Source: an uncultured virus (IMG/VR IMGVR_UViG_3300024279_000006) (taxonomy: Duplodnaviria; Heunggongvirae; Uroviricota; Caudoviricetes). From it: 64,000 nucleotides of DNA. Shown here piece after piece: positions 8,421-18,594 of this stretch. The number at the start of each line of letters is the position of its first letter. Within the stretch, counting starts at the first letter, position 1. Both the position numbers and the translations under genes were made by a program. The stretch lies in IMG/VR virus record IMGVR_UViG_3300024279_000006, positions 1 through 64,000 of that record; one strand, given 5' to 3'. The notes under the pieces were generated by a model. The model had not been told where the DNA came from and ran no database searches. It was given only the letters and a program-made list of their open reading frames with translations.

Positions 8421-11400
8421 ATCCAAAACGCGCAAGACCCACTCGTTCAAGTCCCACTGAATCTCTTTGGCGGCCTCTACACGGAGGCGTCGCCAGAAAG
8501 TTTGCCGGATGGCGCCAGTCCGCTTTCGATCAACTGCGACTATGACTTGGGTTCAGTGTTTGGGCGTCCAGGAAAAGAAAGTGTATTCAGTTACGCCGGT
8601 TCGTCCTACATTCTCAATCCAGCTTTCACTCAATCAGTAGGAAGTGGCCAAGCCTGGTCGGGTGGCAGTGTTACTTTGAACGAAGGCGGCGGCGGCTCAG
8701 GGGCTAGGAAGCTCCAAAGTGTATTTAAGCTGGGCGAAAACGTTGATACCGACTCAGTAACTTTAAATCTGAGCGCAGGCAGCCTCGTCGTTATCAGTTT
8801 GTGGCATTACAACTTGGGTGTCGTGAGCATCATCGACAGCTTCGGACTGGATTGGCACGCAATCCACCAGAGCCAGTATTTCTACCAAGCAGGTCCGGCA
8901 AACGAAGCGCTGGAAATGTTTTGCGCTTTCACCGGAAGCAATTCAGGTGAGAACACGATTAGAATTTCAACCCTGAACAACGGGCGCGCGTTCAACGTTG
9001 CTGAATTTGCTGGCATCATTCCAGTTAGCACGGTGCCTGGTTCGGCCGGGGCGTCGAGCACAAGCACACCCACTGAAGCGCCTACCGACATCGGCAGCGG
9101 TCCCGTAGAGACCAACAACAACCCAAGTTTTGTCGTATCGGCTGGATACTCGGCAGCCCCTTCCACGCTGACCCCCGGATTTGGTTTCACTTCATCCGGT
9201 GGTGGTCTCGTCGCTGACGTTGGAATTTTGCAGACGCAATTCTTTGTTCCGTCCACTATTGGAAGTTACTCGCCTACGTTTGGATTGGACGCCAAGAACG
9301 TATGGGCCGCGGTAACTCTAGCGTTTGGTTCCACACCTGGCGGGGGTGGTGGCAGCCCTAGTTCGCAAACACTGCAATCGCTTAATTTTGGTCCGCCGAT
9401 CCCTGTAAATATAAACCCTCTCCCGGTTCCTTCATGCGGCTGTGGATGTACGGAAGCCGACGAACTCCCTGTTTTTGGCGTGGAAGTGTTGATTACCGGC
9501 AGTCAGGACAACGCTGCTCCTGATGCGATTCTGTCCGTGCAGTTGCAATTACCAGATGGCACGCTCTCTCCAACGATTCACACGACACAACTTCCGGCAA
9601 GCCCCGGAACCGTAGTCGTCGGGAGTCCTACCGATAATTGGGGATTGACGCTCAGTGCTTCGATTCTCAGTGACCCGAATTTCACGGTGAACATCGTTGC
9701 AACGACAACTGGCGGCGAGGTTGTAACTTTCACTGCGACGGTACAGATTCAGGTCTTCACAACGCCGAATCCACCGCCAGACATCAATTACCTCAAAACA
9801 TTCGCGCAGACCGGCGGCGAAGTCTACTCGCTGGTGCTTGGCAGCAACGGTACGATGTACCGCGAAGATGCCATCAACAATCCCAACGTGCTCTCCGCAG
9901 TCTATTCGGCGATCGAGCCGGACACGTTCGCTGAATCGGCCACGATTGACGACCGAGAATTTATTGCCCTGTCCAATTTACTGAACGGTACGGACATCCC
10001 GTACACCTACGACGGAACGAACTTTGACCGACTCTCGCAGGTTGGTCCTGGCGCGCCGCCGACGGCTTCCACGTCCACCGCGACTATCGATATCCTGAGC
10101 ATCACCCAGCCGACTGCCAAAGGCGACCCGGAAGCCCCTGGGCGGCTATCAGGGATTCTCTGGTCCAATGGTCCCGGTTCCACCGCACCCGGAAACGTGT
10201 TGACCGTCTATTACGCTCGCGTCAGTGCGCAACCAACGGCAGACCCCGACTTGCAGCCCGGAGTAGGTGTCGAGATTGCTGGCGTTGATGTTCCAGGGCC
10301 AAACCAGGATTTCAACGGCCAGACGGTAGACGGCGATTACATTGTGGTGAGCATCGGGCAAGGTGTGCCGCCCGGAGCAGAGTTTGAACGCTGGTTCTTT
10401 ACCGTGGTCATGCCGTCAACGCAAAGCGTTAATCAGGCCGACCATGAAGAAGGCCACGGGCCGTTTGGCACCTACCAGGTCACGACCGCCACGCTGACGG
10501 CTTCGGCGCAGGTTCCCAATCTGGAAGTGGGGAACTCTATGGCCATCTCCGGCACTGGCGGCTCCCCGCCGGCGGGATATGACGGCACCTGGGTAGTGCA
10601 GAAGACGCCAAACGCGGCACAGTTGCAGATTACCAGCACGTCGCTAACGGGCAACGTCGCCACTTATGGTTTCAACCTAATAAGCGGAACTAATCCGACG
10701 GTTGGACAAGCTGTGACCGTAACCGGAACGCTGAATGGCAACGGCATTTTCAACGTGACCAATGGAGTCATTTCCTCGACCTCGGCAGGCGTGTTTTCGA
10801 TCAATCTGACTGGCGCGGACGTGTCCAGTGTGGCAGAAGACGGCATCGGCGTAATCTTCGGAACGATCTTTGTCTTCGATCCGCTGAAAGTGGTCGGGAA
10901 CAAAACTGGCGGTACTCTGGTCACGGTGGGAATCATCTCCGCTGGAATCCGTAAAGTCTGCTACTCGTTTCTCACCCGCAATGGGTACATGACCGCGCCA
11001 TCTCCAATTCTGACGTTTGACGTTCCAGTAGGAGCCTCGACGCTGACCATCGGGAACCTGGCATCCGGGCCGGACGACGTGATTGCGCGCGTGGTGCATT
11101 TGACGGCCGCCAACGGTGGAAACTTCTACAACATCCCTATTCCGGTGGACGTGTTGAGCAACGGAATCACTGTCACCAATACCTCGACCTACCTGAACGA
11201 CAACACTTCGCGGAGCATCAATCTGAGTTTCTCGGATGGAGTCTTGCTCGCGGCCAGCGGAATCGACATTCAAGGAAACAACCTTTTCGCCACAATCGAA
11301 TTGGGAAGCATCCTCGGAGTTATCGGTTACGCGTCCAGGGCTTTCGCTATCGGCGAGCAGAACAAAGTCCCGAATCTTCTGAACTGGTCTTTTGACGGTG

Positions 11401-13037
11401 GGTATCTGGAAGTGGCTCCGGCGCCGCCGAAACAGCCGCTTGGCTGGACCTTTGACGCAACTTCGGGCGCTGGCGGGACGCTGGTGGATTCTCCGATCTT
11501 CGGATTCGCCTACGAGATTTCAAACGCTACCGGAAGCACTCAGGCCAAGTACGGCATGATTACTCAACCTGCCTTTCAGGATGAGTTTAAGGTGCCGATC
11601 ATCCGGGCATCCACAAAATACAGCACGCGCATTACTGCGCTGAAGACCGCTGGCGGCGCAAGTGGGAATCTCGTTGTCGATCTTTACAGCCCGTCCACAG
11701 GAACATCACTCGGAACATTCTCGGTTCCTCTTGCGTCACTGACGGACACGATGCAGATATTCACTGGAGCGATGCTGACTTCCGTTTTGGCTCCGGTGCC
11801 GAACGATTTGCTTCTGCGAATCTACGCGCAGAACATTCCAGACGGAACGACAATTCAAATTGACCGAAACGAGCCATTTCCGACAGAGCAGCCGAATCTG
11901 GACACGCAAGTTACCGGAAGCTACGTCAACAATTTTGAGGCGTTCGATGAAAGCGGCGAAGGCGGCATCGTTGACACCGCGGGAGAGAACCAACAGCCCG
12001 TGCGCAGCGCGTTTACGCTGTACGACACACTGTATTTGGTGAAGACAGGATCGTTTGTCTCGACACAGGACAACGGAAGCACGGAGCCTTCTGGTTGGAG
12101 CCTCAGAATCGTATCGAACTCCGTCGGTACACCGTCAATCTATGGTGTGACGACCGGAATTGACGAACCAAACACCGGAGAAGCGTGGGCGATTATTGCA
12201 GGACAGGCCGGGGGCTACATTTTCAACGGTGGCGAACCGATCAAAATCACCGAAGAGATTCAGCGGCTATGGAATCAGATTAACTGGCGCTACGGCCACA
12301 CCCTTTGGGTGAAGAACGACGTGAAGAATCGGCGCGTGATGTTTGGTGTGCCTCTAAAAACTCCTAACCAGTGGTTGCCGACCGGAATTATTGCCGACGA
12401 CAGCAACCCAACGACGCCAAACGTCATTCTGATGTGCAACTACCGCCAGTTGAACACCGGATCTGCGCTGGCAGAGAAAGTCGGAGTCCACGTTTCGTAT
12501 TCTGGGCGTCTGATTGCCTCGGAACTGACGCGGAAGTGGTCGATCTGGACAATCAAAGCGCCGTGCGCCGCGTTCTTGCGCCGCGACGACACCACGGAGC
12601 CGCTTTTCTTCGGAAACTCCGATGGAAACGGAAAAGTCTTTGAACTTGTAGACGATTTTGGCCAAGATGACTGCTCGGCCATCCAGCAGATTTACGATAC
12701 CTACGGATTTGTGACCGATGAGCAAGGGCAAGGTCTCAGAATCGGCTCTCTGCGCAAGGTCTACACGTATATGTCGATGCTGGTGGACGGAACCGGGGAT
12801 TTGAACGTCCGGGTGTTCCCGAACTCACTCGATTCTCAATATGCGCATGATTTGCTGCCAAGAATAACCCTGCCGCAGATGACCGACGGAGATATTGAGC
12901 TACCACTGAACGAAACGGCCAACCGACTGTTCTTCCAGTTCAAGACTGACGCTATTGGAGCGTCTTTTAACCTAAGTAGAATGATGGTGGCTTTGCAGCA
13001 AGACCCCTGGTCAAGCGTGAGAGGCCGCAACGGTTAA
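8421..13037 (+). CDS. Large tail nozzle / tail tubular B-like protein with inserted beta domains; start uncertain
   Basis: Over 1500 aa, beta-rich. Frame is open upstream of the TTG at 8502 back to a TAG at 8403 and encodes LFGGLYTEASPESLPDGASP, resembling nozzle N-termini. Confidence 0.6.
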   Translation: MQNAQDPLVQVPLNLFGGLYTEASPESLPDGASPLSINCDYDLGSVFGRPGKESVFSYAGSSYILNPAFTQSVGSGQAWSGGSVTLNEGGGGSGARKLQSVFKLGENVDTDSVTLNLSAGSLVVISLWHYNLGVVSIIDSFGLDWHAIHQSQYFYQAGPANEALEMFCAFTGSNSGENTIRISTLNNGRAFNVAEFAGIIPVSTVPGSAGASSTSTPTEAPTDIGSGPVETNNNPSFVVSAGYSAAPSTLTPGFGFTSSGGGLVADVGILQTQFFVPSTIGSYSPTFGLDAKNVWAAVTLAFGSTPGGGGGSPSSQTLQSLNFGPPIPVNINPLPVPSCGCGCTEADELPVFGVEVLITGSQDNAAPDAILSVQLQLPDGTLSPTIHTTQLPASPGTVVVGSPTDNWGLTLSASILSDPNFTVNIVATTTGGEVVTFTATVQIQVFTTPNPPPDINYLKTFAQTGGEVYSLVLGSNGTMYREDAINNPNVLSAVYSAIEPDTFAESATIDDREFIALSNLLNGTDIPYTYDGTNFDRLSQVGPGAPPTASTSTATIDILSITQPTAKGDPEAPGRLSGILWSNGPGSTAPGNVLTVYYARVSAQPTADPDLQPGVGVEIAGVDVPGPNQDFNGQTVDGDYIVVSIGQGVPPGAEFERWFFTVVMPSTQSVNQADHEEGHGPFGTYQVTTATLTASAQVPNLEVGNSMAISGTGGSPPAGYDGTWVVQKTPNAAQLQITSTSLTGNVATYGFNLISGTNPTVGQAVTVTGTLNGNGIFNVTNGVISSTSAGVFSINLTGADVSSVAEDGIGVIFGTIFVFDPLKVVGNKTGGTLVTVGIISAGIRKVCYSFLTRNGYMTAPSPILTFDVPVGASTLTIGNLASGPDDVIARVVHLTAANGGNFYNIPIPVDVLSNGITVTNTSTYLNDNTSRSINLSFSDGVLLAASGIDIQGNNLFATIELGSILGVIGYASRAFAIGEQNKVPNLLNWSFDGGYLEVAPAPPKQPLGWTFDATSGAGGTLVDSPIFGFAYEISNATGSTQAKYGMITQPAFQDEFKVPIIRASTKYSTRITALKTAGGASGNLVVDLYSPSTGTSLGTFSVPLASLTDTMQIFTGAMLTSVLAPVPNDLLLRIYAQNIPDGTTIQIDRNEPFPTEQPNLDTQVTGSYVNNFEAFDESGEGGIVDTAGENQQPVRSAFTLYDTLYLVKTGSFVSTQDNGSTEPSGWSLRIVSNSVGTPSIYGVTTGIDEPNTGEAWAIIAGQAGGYIFNGGEPIKITEEIQRLWNQINWRYGHTLWVKNDVKNRRVMFGVPLKTPNQWLPTGIIADDSNPTTPNVILMCNYRQLNTGSALAEKVGVHVSYSGRLIASELTRKWSIWTIKAPCAAFLRRDDTTEPLFFGNSDGNGKVFELVDDFGQDDCSAIQQIYDTYGFVTDEQGQGLRIGSLRKVYTYMSMLVDGTGDLNVRVFPNSLDSQYAHDLLPRITLPQMTDGDIELPLNETANRLFFQFKTDAIGASFNLSRMMVALQQDPWSSVRGRNG

Positions 13038-13597
13038 TAAAGATGCTTCCACCGATCTCCACGAGCTATCCTCGAAGCCCAATTAAAGCTAATTCTATGC
13101 TTCTTGCAAATTGCGGCAATAATGGCTTTCTCTTTTGGTTCTCTTGGTCCAGTCCTTGTAGCCTTTGGATAGCGTCTCCGAATATCCATAACGGCCTTTT
13201 CTGTGAGCAAGGCAGAACCGTTCCTTTCTCCAAAACAACCCCGCCCACGTTGAACCATGTCCGTTATATTTTCAGCCTGCGTTCCTGTGCGCAAATGGTT
13301 TGGATTTACACATGGCGGATTGTCACAACTGTGAAGAAGGAATTTATTTTTAGGGATTTTCTTCCCTGCAAGTACCCAGGAAACGCGGTGGGCGCGGAGC
13401 CTTCTATTATGAGTTCCGTTCCAGATAAGTCCGTAATGATGTTTAGATTTCTTGTCGGTAATTCTGGCACCAGTCCACATCCAACAGTTACCCAAAGATG
13501 GCTGAGTCGGGTGTGGCGGTCCATTTTTGTTAACTTTCTCCCAAAATCTATCTTTCATTGGGACTCGTACAAAGCGACCTTTGGCGTCGATTTTCAT
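13034..13597 (-). CDS. HNH homing endonuclease (antisense insertion)
   Basis: RFWEKV...CWMWTG...AHRVSW...HSCDNPPCVNPNHL; TTGCAT-17-TAACAT-7-ATG supports start 13597. Confidence 0.85.
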   Translation of the reverse strand: MKIDAKGRFVRVPMKDRFWEKVNKNGPPHPTQPSLGNCWMWTGARITDKKSKHHYGLIWNGTHNRRLRAHRVSWVLAGKKIPKNKFLLHSCDNPPCVNPNHLRTGTQAENITDMVQRGRGCFGERNGSALLTEKAVMDIRRRYPKATRTGPREPKEKAIIAAICKKHRISFNWASRIARGDRWKHLY

Positions 13598-13647
13598 ACC
13601 CCTAATGTTACGTCCGTAGTCCCTAATATGCAAGAAGTGAGGGCGTA

Positions 13648-14262
13648 ATGGCGAAGAGTGCTTCTCCGGCGGCGTTGGATATTCAAAAAGAAATTTCTCG
13701 CCTGCGCAAAGTCGATGAAGGACAGTGGTTACAGTCTGCTTTGCAACGCATTGAGGATGCCGTCAACAATCTAGGGAAAAACGGAGCTATTCCGCCCAAA
13801 GGTGTTCTGCCGCCACCGCCTACCATTCAAGAACTAACGGTTAAAACCAACGGGACTGGTATGGTCCATGCGGTAATCAACGACTCCAACCCCATCGACA
13901 AGGGACTCAGGTATTTTATTGAATACGACACAGACCCAAATTTTACGCGCCCTCATCCGGTTCATCTTGGCGCTTCTCGTTCAATGACTCCAATTACTTT
14001 ACCTGCGCAGGACGACGACGGAAACCCGCAGCAGTTTTATTTTCGCGCCTATTCGCAATATCCCGGTGGAAAGCCTGGGCAAGTAGTGCATTATGGTGGC
14101 ACTACGCCGACCGCAGTGGACCCTGGCGGCACGCAGCAAATGACGCTTATTCCCAGCACTGGAAGTGGGACAGCTCAGGTTTCAGGACAGCAAGGCGGTT
14201 CAGGCTTCGGAAAAGTTCTCACTCGGCCATCGGCGGGACCGAAGAGGGCGATTGTATCGTGA
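13648..14262 (+). CDS. Hypothetical virion protein
   Basis: 204 aa, GAGG SD, follows the nozzle gene. Confidence 0.55.
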   Translation: MAKSASPAALDIQKEISRLRKVDEGQWLQSALQRIEDAVNNLGKNGAIPPKGVLPPPPTIQELTVKTNGTGMVHAVINDSNPIDKGLRYFIEYDTDPNFTRPHPVHLGASRSMTPITLPAQDDDGNPQQFYFRAYSQYPGGKPGQVVHYGGTTPTAVDPGGTQQMTLIPSTGSGTAQVSGQQGGSGFGKVLTRPSAGPKRAIVS

Positions 14263-14561
14263 GCAAATCGGTCGGTTCAGTTATTCAGGAGTACTACTTA
14301 AAGACTACGGACTGGACACCGATTGTCGCTCCAATTGAGTGCGGCTATTGGATGTTTCTGCGAACCAACAACCGCACAAAGATTGGGCGCTGCTCCGACG
14401 ACCAAAACATGGAAACCTGCTATTGGCTGGACGGGTATGACTGGGTGACGTTTAGTTGTCCGGCTCTCTACAAAAAGTTTCGGTTTGCAAAGGGTGACAC
14501 CGTAACATTCCTAAAGGCCACGGCAGAGAATACGATTGCATATTTTGAATTTTACAACTGA
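14259..14561 (+). CDS. Hypothetical protein
   Basis: 100 aa, GTGA coupling. Confidence 0.55.
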   Translation: MSKSVGSVIQEYYLKTTDWTPIVAPIECGYWMFLRTNNRTKIGRCSDDQNMETCYWLDGYDWVTFSCPALYKKFRFAKGDTVTFLKATAENTIAYFEFYN

Positions 14562-14570
14562 GGTGACGGA

Positions 14571-15284
14571 ATGAAATATCTGGACAAGATGGGAACGTGG
14601 AGGCGGGTGTTGTATTTTGCACTCTTGCTGGCGTTCATCGGTGCCGTCAATATGTCGGGACAGCAACAGAACTCTGGCGGCCAAGCGGTCACGATCAGCG
14701 GTTCTCTGCCGGCTGGTGCTGCCATCGTTGGAAAAGTAGGGATTGACCAAACGACTCCCGGTACAACGAACCTTGTTTCCATCGGGACGGGCGGCCACGT
14801 AATTATTGACTCGGGATCGACGACAGCGGTAACAGGAAACGTTACCGTCGCGCAGGCCACGGGAAGCAATCTCCACGTCGCAGTGGATTCGGCTCCGACT
14901 ACCACAGTGAGTGGAACAGTGGCGAACGGAACGGGAGTTGCGAATATCGGTATCGTGCGCTCCGTCCCTTCGGCGTGTACGCAGTCAACAAATTTCACCA
15001 ATAGCACGGTCGGAGTCGCCACGGCCGCCGGAACGTCCGTCACTAGCACCACCACTTGCGTTACGGATGTGTACGTCAACAACATCACCAATTCCGCGGT
15101 CACATTTCGCCTCGCGGACAAAACCGGGACTCCGATCATTTGGATTGGTGGCAACGCAGATTTCACCATCCCGGCGAACTCCAATGTGAGGTTTCCGTTA
15201 GGCGGGGTGACATTCGCTAACGGGATAACCGCCATCGCTGGAACTGGCAGCGCGTTGAACCTACAGGTCAACGGGTTACAGTAA
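14571..15284 (+). CDS. Signal-peptide-bearing structural-like protein
   Basis: RR + hydrophobic core + MSG|QQQ; Thr/Gly-rich body with two Cys; GAGG SD. Confidence 0.65.
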   Translation: MKYLDKMGTWRRVLYFALLLAFIGAVNMSGQQQNSGGQAVTISGSLPAGAAIVGKVGIDQTTPGTTNLVSIGTGGHVIIDSGSTTAVTGNVTVAQATGSNLHVAVDSAPTTTVSGTVANGTGVANIGIVRSVPSACTQSTNFTNSTVGVATAAGTSVTSTTTCVTDVYVNNITNSAVTFRLADKTGTPIIWIGGNADFTIPANSNVRFPLGGVTFANGITAIAGTGSALNLQVNGLQ

Positions 15285-15709
15285 TGCGGCGAATCGGGTG
15301 GCTGTTCCTTCTTCTTCTGGTTCCTACGTTTCTTGATGGGCAGCAGCAAACTTCGCTGCCCATAACCCGATTCAGTTGCTTTGTTCAAGCGGTAACAGCT
15401 ATAACGCAGTGCCAAGCCGCGCCAGCAGCCGGACTGCGCGCCTACGTCACTGATTTTTCTTTTTCCAACCAGGCGGCGACAGTTCAAACTCTCGACATCG
15501 TTTTCGGAACAGGAACAAACTGCGCAACAGGAACCACTGCGCTGACTCACAAATTTCAAATGGGTACGAACGCGACTACAACAAGTCCACAGGTAGTTGG
15601 CGCGGATTTAGTTTCTCCATTGGTGCCGACGGCCGCCAACGCCATTTGCGTGCGTCCTTCTGCCGCTACCGCGTTTGGGGCAACCTTAACGGGTTATACC
15701 GGACCATGA
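15284..15709 (+). CDS. Signal-peptide-bearing beta protein
   Basis: MRRIGWLFLLLLVPTFLDG|QQQ; four Cys. Confidence 0.65.
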   Translation: MRRIGWLFLLLLVPTFLDGQQQTSLPITRFSCFVQAVTAITQCQAAPAAGLRAYVTDFSFSNQAATVQTLDIVFGTGTNCATGTTALTHKFQMGTNATTTSPQVVGADLVSPLVPTAANAICVRPSAATAFGATLTGYTGP

Positions 15710-16098
15710 TCCGCCAGTTCGTGGAAGAGGATTTACCCGTGCTGACTGAGATCCATGCGGCGAACGAACTGCCGCCGAACTGTATGCCGGACCCTTCCGA
15801 CCCGCTGATGTTGGTGAAAGCGGTAGTGGAAAAAGATGGTCGCGCAATCATGGCGACTTTCCTGCGCGGAGCCTCGGAAATATATCTACTGGTCGATCAC
15901 CAGTATGGAACGCCAGAAGAACGTTGGGAGTGGATGAAAGAACTAAAAACGTACTTGGCGCACGAAGCATGGAAACTCGGGCTGGACCAGATGACTTGCT
16001 GGGTGCCGCCGGAAGTGGACAAGAGTTTTGGTAAGCGATTGGAAGAGTTAGGCTTTCAGCGCTCTACCTGGCAGTCCTATACCCTAAACATCACATAG
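15706..16098 (+). CDS. GNAT-like protein preceding the ejection genes
   Basis: MIRQFVEEDL...KRLEELGF GNAT pattern; ATGA coupling. Confidence 0.6.
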   Translation: MIRQFVEEDLPVLTEIHAANELPPNCMPDPSDPLMLVKAVVEKDGRAIMATFLRGASEIYLLVDHQYGTPEERWEWMKELKTYLAHEAWKLGLDQMTCWVPPEVDKSFGKRLEELGFQRSTWQSYTLNIT

Positions 16099-16143
16099 TT
16101 GTGGTACGATTTCTGCACATCGGGTGAATCGTGAGGCGTTGCA

Positions 16144-16809
16144 ATGTTTCGAGTACGCGACAACCCGACTTTTGACATCGCCACAGGTAAGTTCCTCCAT
16201 TCAGATGGCGAATCGTTCATCGAAGAATTTCCCATCCGACTTGACCGCGACGTGCAGGGCAAAGCGAAGAAAGATCGCCAAACTGCGCAAGATACCGCGT
16301 CCGGCTACGGCTCCGGTGCCGCGCAAATTGGTTCTTCCATCATCCCTGGTCTTGAGCGTGACGCCAACAATCCCACCGGCTACGACCCGACCGACCTAAA
16401 TAACATGCTGGTGTCGAGCCAAGAAGCGGTAGGCGGCTCAAACGCTGGCGTGACTGGCGAAGCGAACCTCGCCGCAGCACGCACGCGCAATGCCGGTGGA
16501 TTTGGCCGTGTTCTCGATGAAGCTGCACGAATCAAAGGCCGTCAACTCTCCACCAATGCGCTGAACGTGCAGAATGAAAACGCTCGGCTGAAACAGCAGA
16601 AGCAGCAAGAAGCCCGTACTGGATTGGAACATCTGTACGGCGTAGATACTTCCGCCCAACTTGGGGAAGGGAAACTGGCCAACGAAGATTTGAATACCGC
16701 GCTGGAAGCCGGGAAGTCTGGCTGGCAGCAGAACGCAATGGGATGGATGAACACAGCGGCGAACGTGGCAAAGGCGTTCAAGCCGGAAAGTGGCGGGGGC
16801 GGCGGCTAA
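16144..16809 (+). CDS. Putative DNA ejection (internal virion) protein 1
   Basis: Ala/Gly/Gln-rich helical protein after the GNAT gene; positional. Confidence 0.55.
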   Translation: MFRVRDNPTFDIATGKFLHSDGESFIEEFPIRLDRDVQGKAKKDRQTAQDTASGYGSGAAQIGSSIIPGLERDANNPTGYDPTDLNNMLVSSQEAVGGSNAGVTGEANLAAARTRNAGGFGRVLDEAARIKGRQLSTNALNVQNENARLKQQKQQEARTGLEHLYGVDTSAQLGEGKLANEDLNTALEAGKSGWQQNAMGWMNTAANVAKAFKPESGGGGG

Positions 16810-16812
16810 TCC

Positions 16813-18594
16813 ATGCTGACTTTGGACGACATTCGGGCACTCCCCAACGATCCCAGCGAAGAACATCTCATCGCTGCTGGTCTGTTGCCGAAGCCTGCTC
16901 CACCACCGTCCATTATTCCGGCGGCCAGTGGGCCGATTCCTACGCCTTCTGCGGTTACTCCGCGCGCTGAACCTTCTGCGGATTGGAAAGCAAAACTGGC
17001 GGCTACGGCTCCGCACGCTGCGACGGTGATACCGCCGATGCAGCCGGTTGCTCCCGACCTCGGCAGTCCTGTTACTCCCGGAAACGCAGGAGCACATCCT
17101 ACGGACGAACTTTCGAGTCCAACGATCCCTGCATTGCCAAACCTGAATTTCAAGGAACGGCAAGCACTTCCGATTACTTCTCCGGGTGCTCCGGCGAACA
17201 GTTCCGCATCGTTCCGCGCGCAGATCGAGCGGTTGCAGGACCAGAAAGCACACCCCTGGGGAACTGAAGAGAACCATCCTGGCCTGCTAGGTAAAATCGC
17301 CCACTACGCGGCGAAGGTTGGGAACATAGCAGGTGACATCTTTGCGCCAGCGACAATGGCGAATATCCCCGGCACCGAATTGAACAAGACGGAGCAACTC
17401 CGCGAGGCCGAAAGCAAAGAAGCTAAAGCGGAAGGCCGCGAGACTGCGGAGAAGACCGCTGAATCAGAAAACGAATTGCGCGCAGCGGAAACCAAGAAAA
17501 ATTTGGCGATGGCTGACCGTGAACCAGGCACGACCGCTGAACGGGAAGTGTTTAAGGATTTGACCACTGGCGAGAACGGTGGTCCGCGCGTCAATCCCGA
17601 TACCGGGAAACCATATACCGCGCTAGAGGCTTTTGAGGCTGTAAGGCAAGCCGAACAGAAGTCCACGACAAAGCCAGAGAGCATTGACCAGGCCGCAGTA
17701 GACGCAAAGATGAAGGAAACCAATCCGCAGACTGGCAAACCTTTTACGGCGTATGAGGCACGCGTGGAATTGGCGAATGACATTGCCGGCGGTAAGAGCA
17801 AGGGACCGTCCAGCGCGGAAGAGGATCAACGATACGAAAAAATAATGACCGACGTGCGGATGGGAAAGCCGGTGTCGGCAGAAGATAGGGCGTGGGCTGG
17901 CGTTTACGAAAAGCGTAAAACGCTTGGTCCTTTTGCCGCGGCTGTTGCGCAAGCTCCGCAAAAATCCACCGAACGGTCTGACAAGAGCTACCAGTACAAT
18001 GCAACCGCTCTTGAAAAAGTAGCTACTCCTGTCGAGCAGACAATGGCTCGCATGGGGCGTTTGATGGAAGCCCTGAATCAACATACCCCGGCCGCCGATG
18101 CTCTGGTCGGTCCTGAATTACTGACCATTATGGCTGGTGGACAAGGTTCCGGTCTTCGTATGACTGAGGCGGAAATTTCACGCATCGTCGGTGGACGTTC
18201 GCATTGGCAGGATTTGCAGGCAGCAGTACAGAAATGGAGTCTCGACCCATCCACAGCCAACTCCATCACAGCAGATCAGCGGAAACAGATGCGCGATTTG
18301 GCCAGCGCTGTTCAGCGGAAACTTGTAGCAAAACAGGTTGTGTTGGACAAAGCTCACGAAGAACTTCTGGATAGCGAAGATCCAAAAGACCACCGTCGAG
18401 CAGTAACCGACGCGCGGCGAGAACTGGACAAGATTGACGCCGGCGCGGAAGCCGCGAAGATTCGCGGAGAAGGCGGGGAGAAGATCGCCACGAAAGAATT
18501 ACTGGACGCTTACGCCAAAGCGCACAACGTCTCCGTCGATGAAGCCAAAGCCGCAGCCAAGAAATCTGGATATAAGATTCAAGGCGAAAAGTAA
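16813..18594 (+). CDS. Putative DNA ejection protein 2
   Basis: 593 aa, Pro-rich N-terminus, helical body, internal repeat NPxTGKPxTAxEA. Confidence 0.55.
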   Translation: MLTLDDIRALPNDPSEEHLIAAGLLPKPAPPPSIIPAASGPIPTPSAVTPRAEPSADWKAKLAATAPHAATVIPPMQPVAPDLGSPVTPGNAGAHPTDELSSPTIPALPNLNFKERQALPITSPGAPANSSASFRAQIERLQDQKAHPWGTEENHPGLLGKIAHYAAKVGNIAGDIFAPATMANIPGTELNKTEQLREAESKEAKAEGRETAEKTAESENELRAAETKKNLAMADREPGTTAEREVFKDLTTGENGGPRVNPDTGKPYTALEAFEAVRQAEQKSTTKPESIDQAAVDAKMKETNPQTGKPFTAYEARVELANDIAGGKSKGPSSAEEDQRYEKIMTDVRMGKPVSAEDRAWAGVYEKRKTLGPFAAAVAQAPQKSTERSDKSYQYNATALEKVATPVEQTMARMGRLMEALNQHTPAADALVGPELLTIMAGGQGSGLRMTEAEISRIVGGRSHWQDLQAAVQKWSLDPSTANSITADQRKQMRDLASAVQRKLVAKQVVLDKAHEELLDSEDPKDHRRAVTDARRELDKIDAGAEAAKIRGEGGEKIATKELLDAYAKAHNVSVDEAKAAAKKSGYKIQGEK

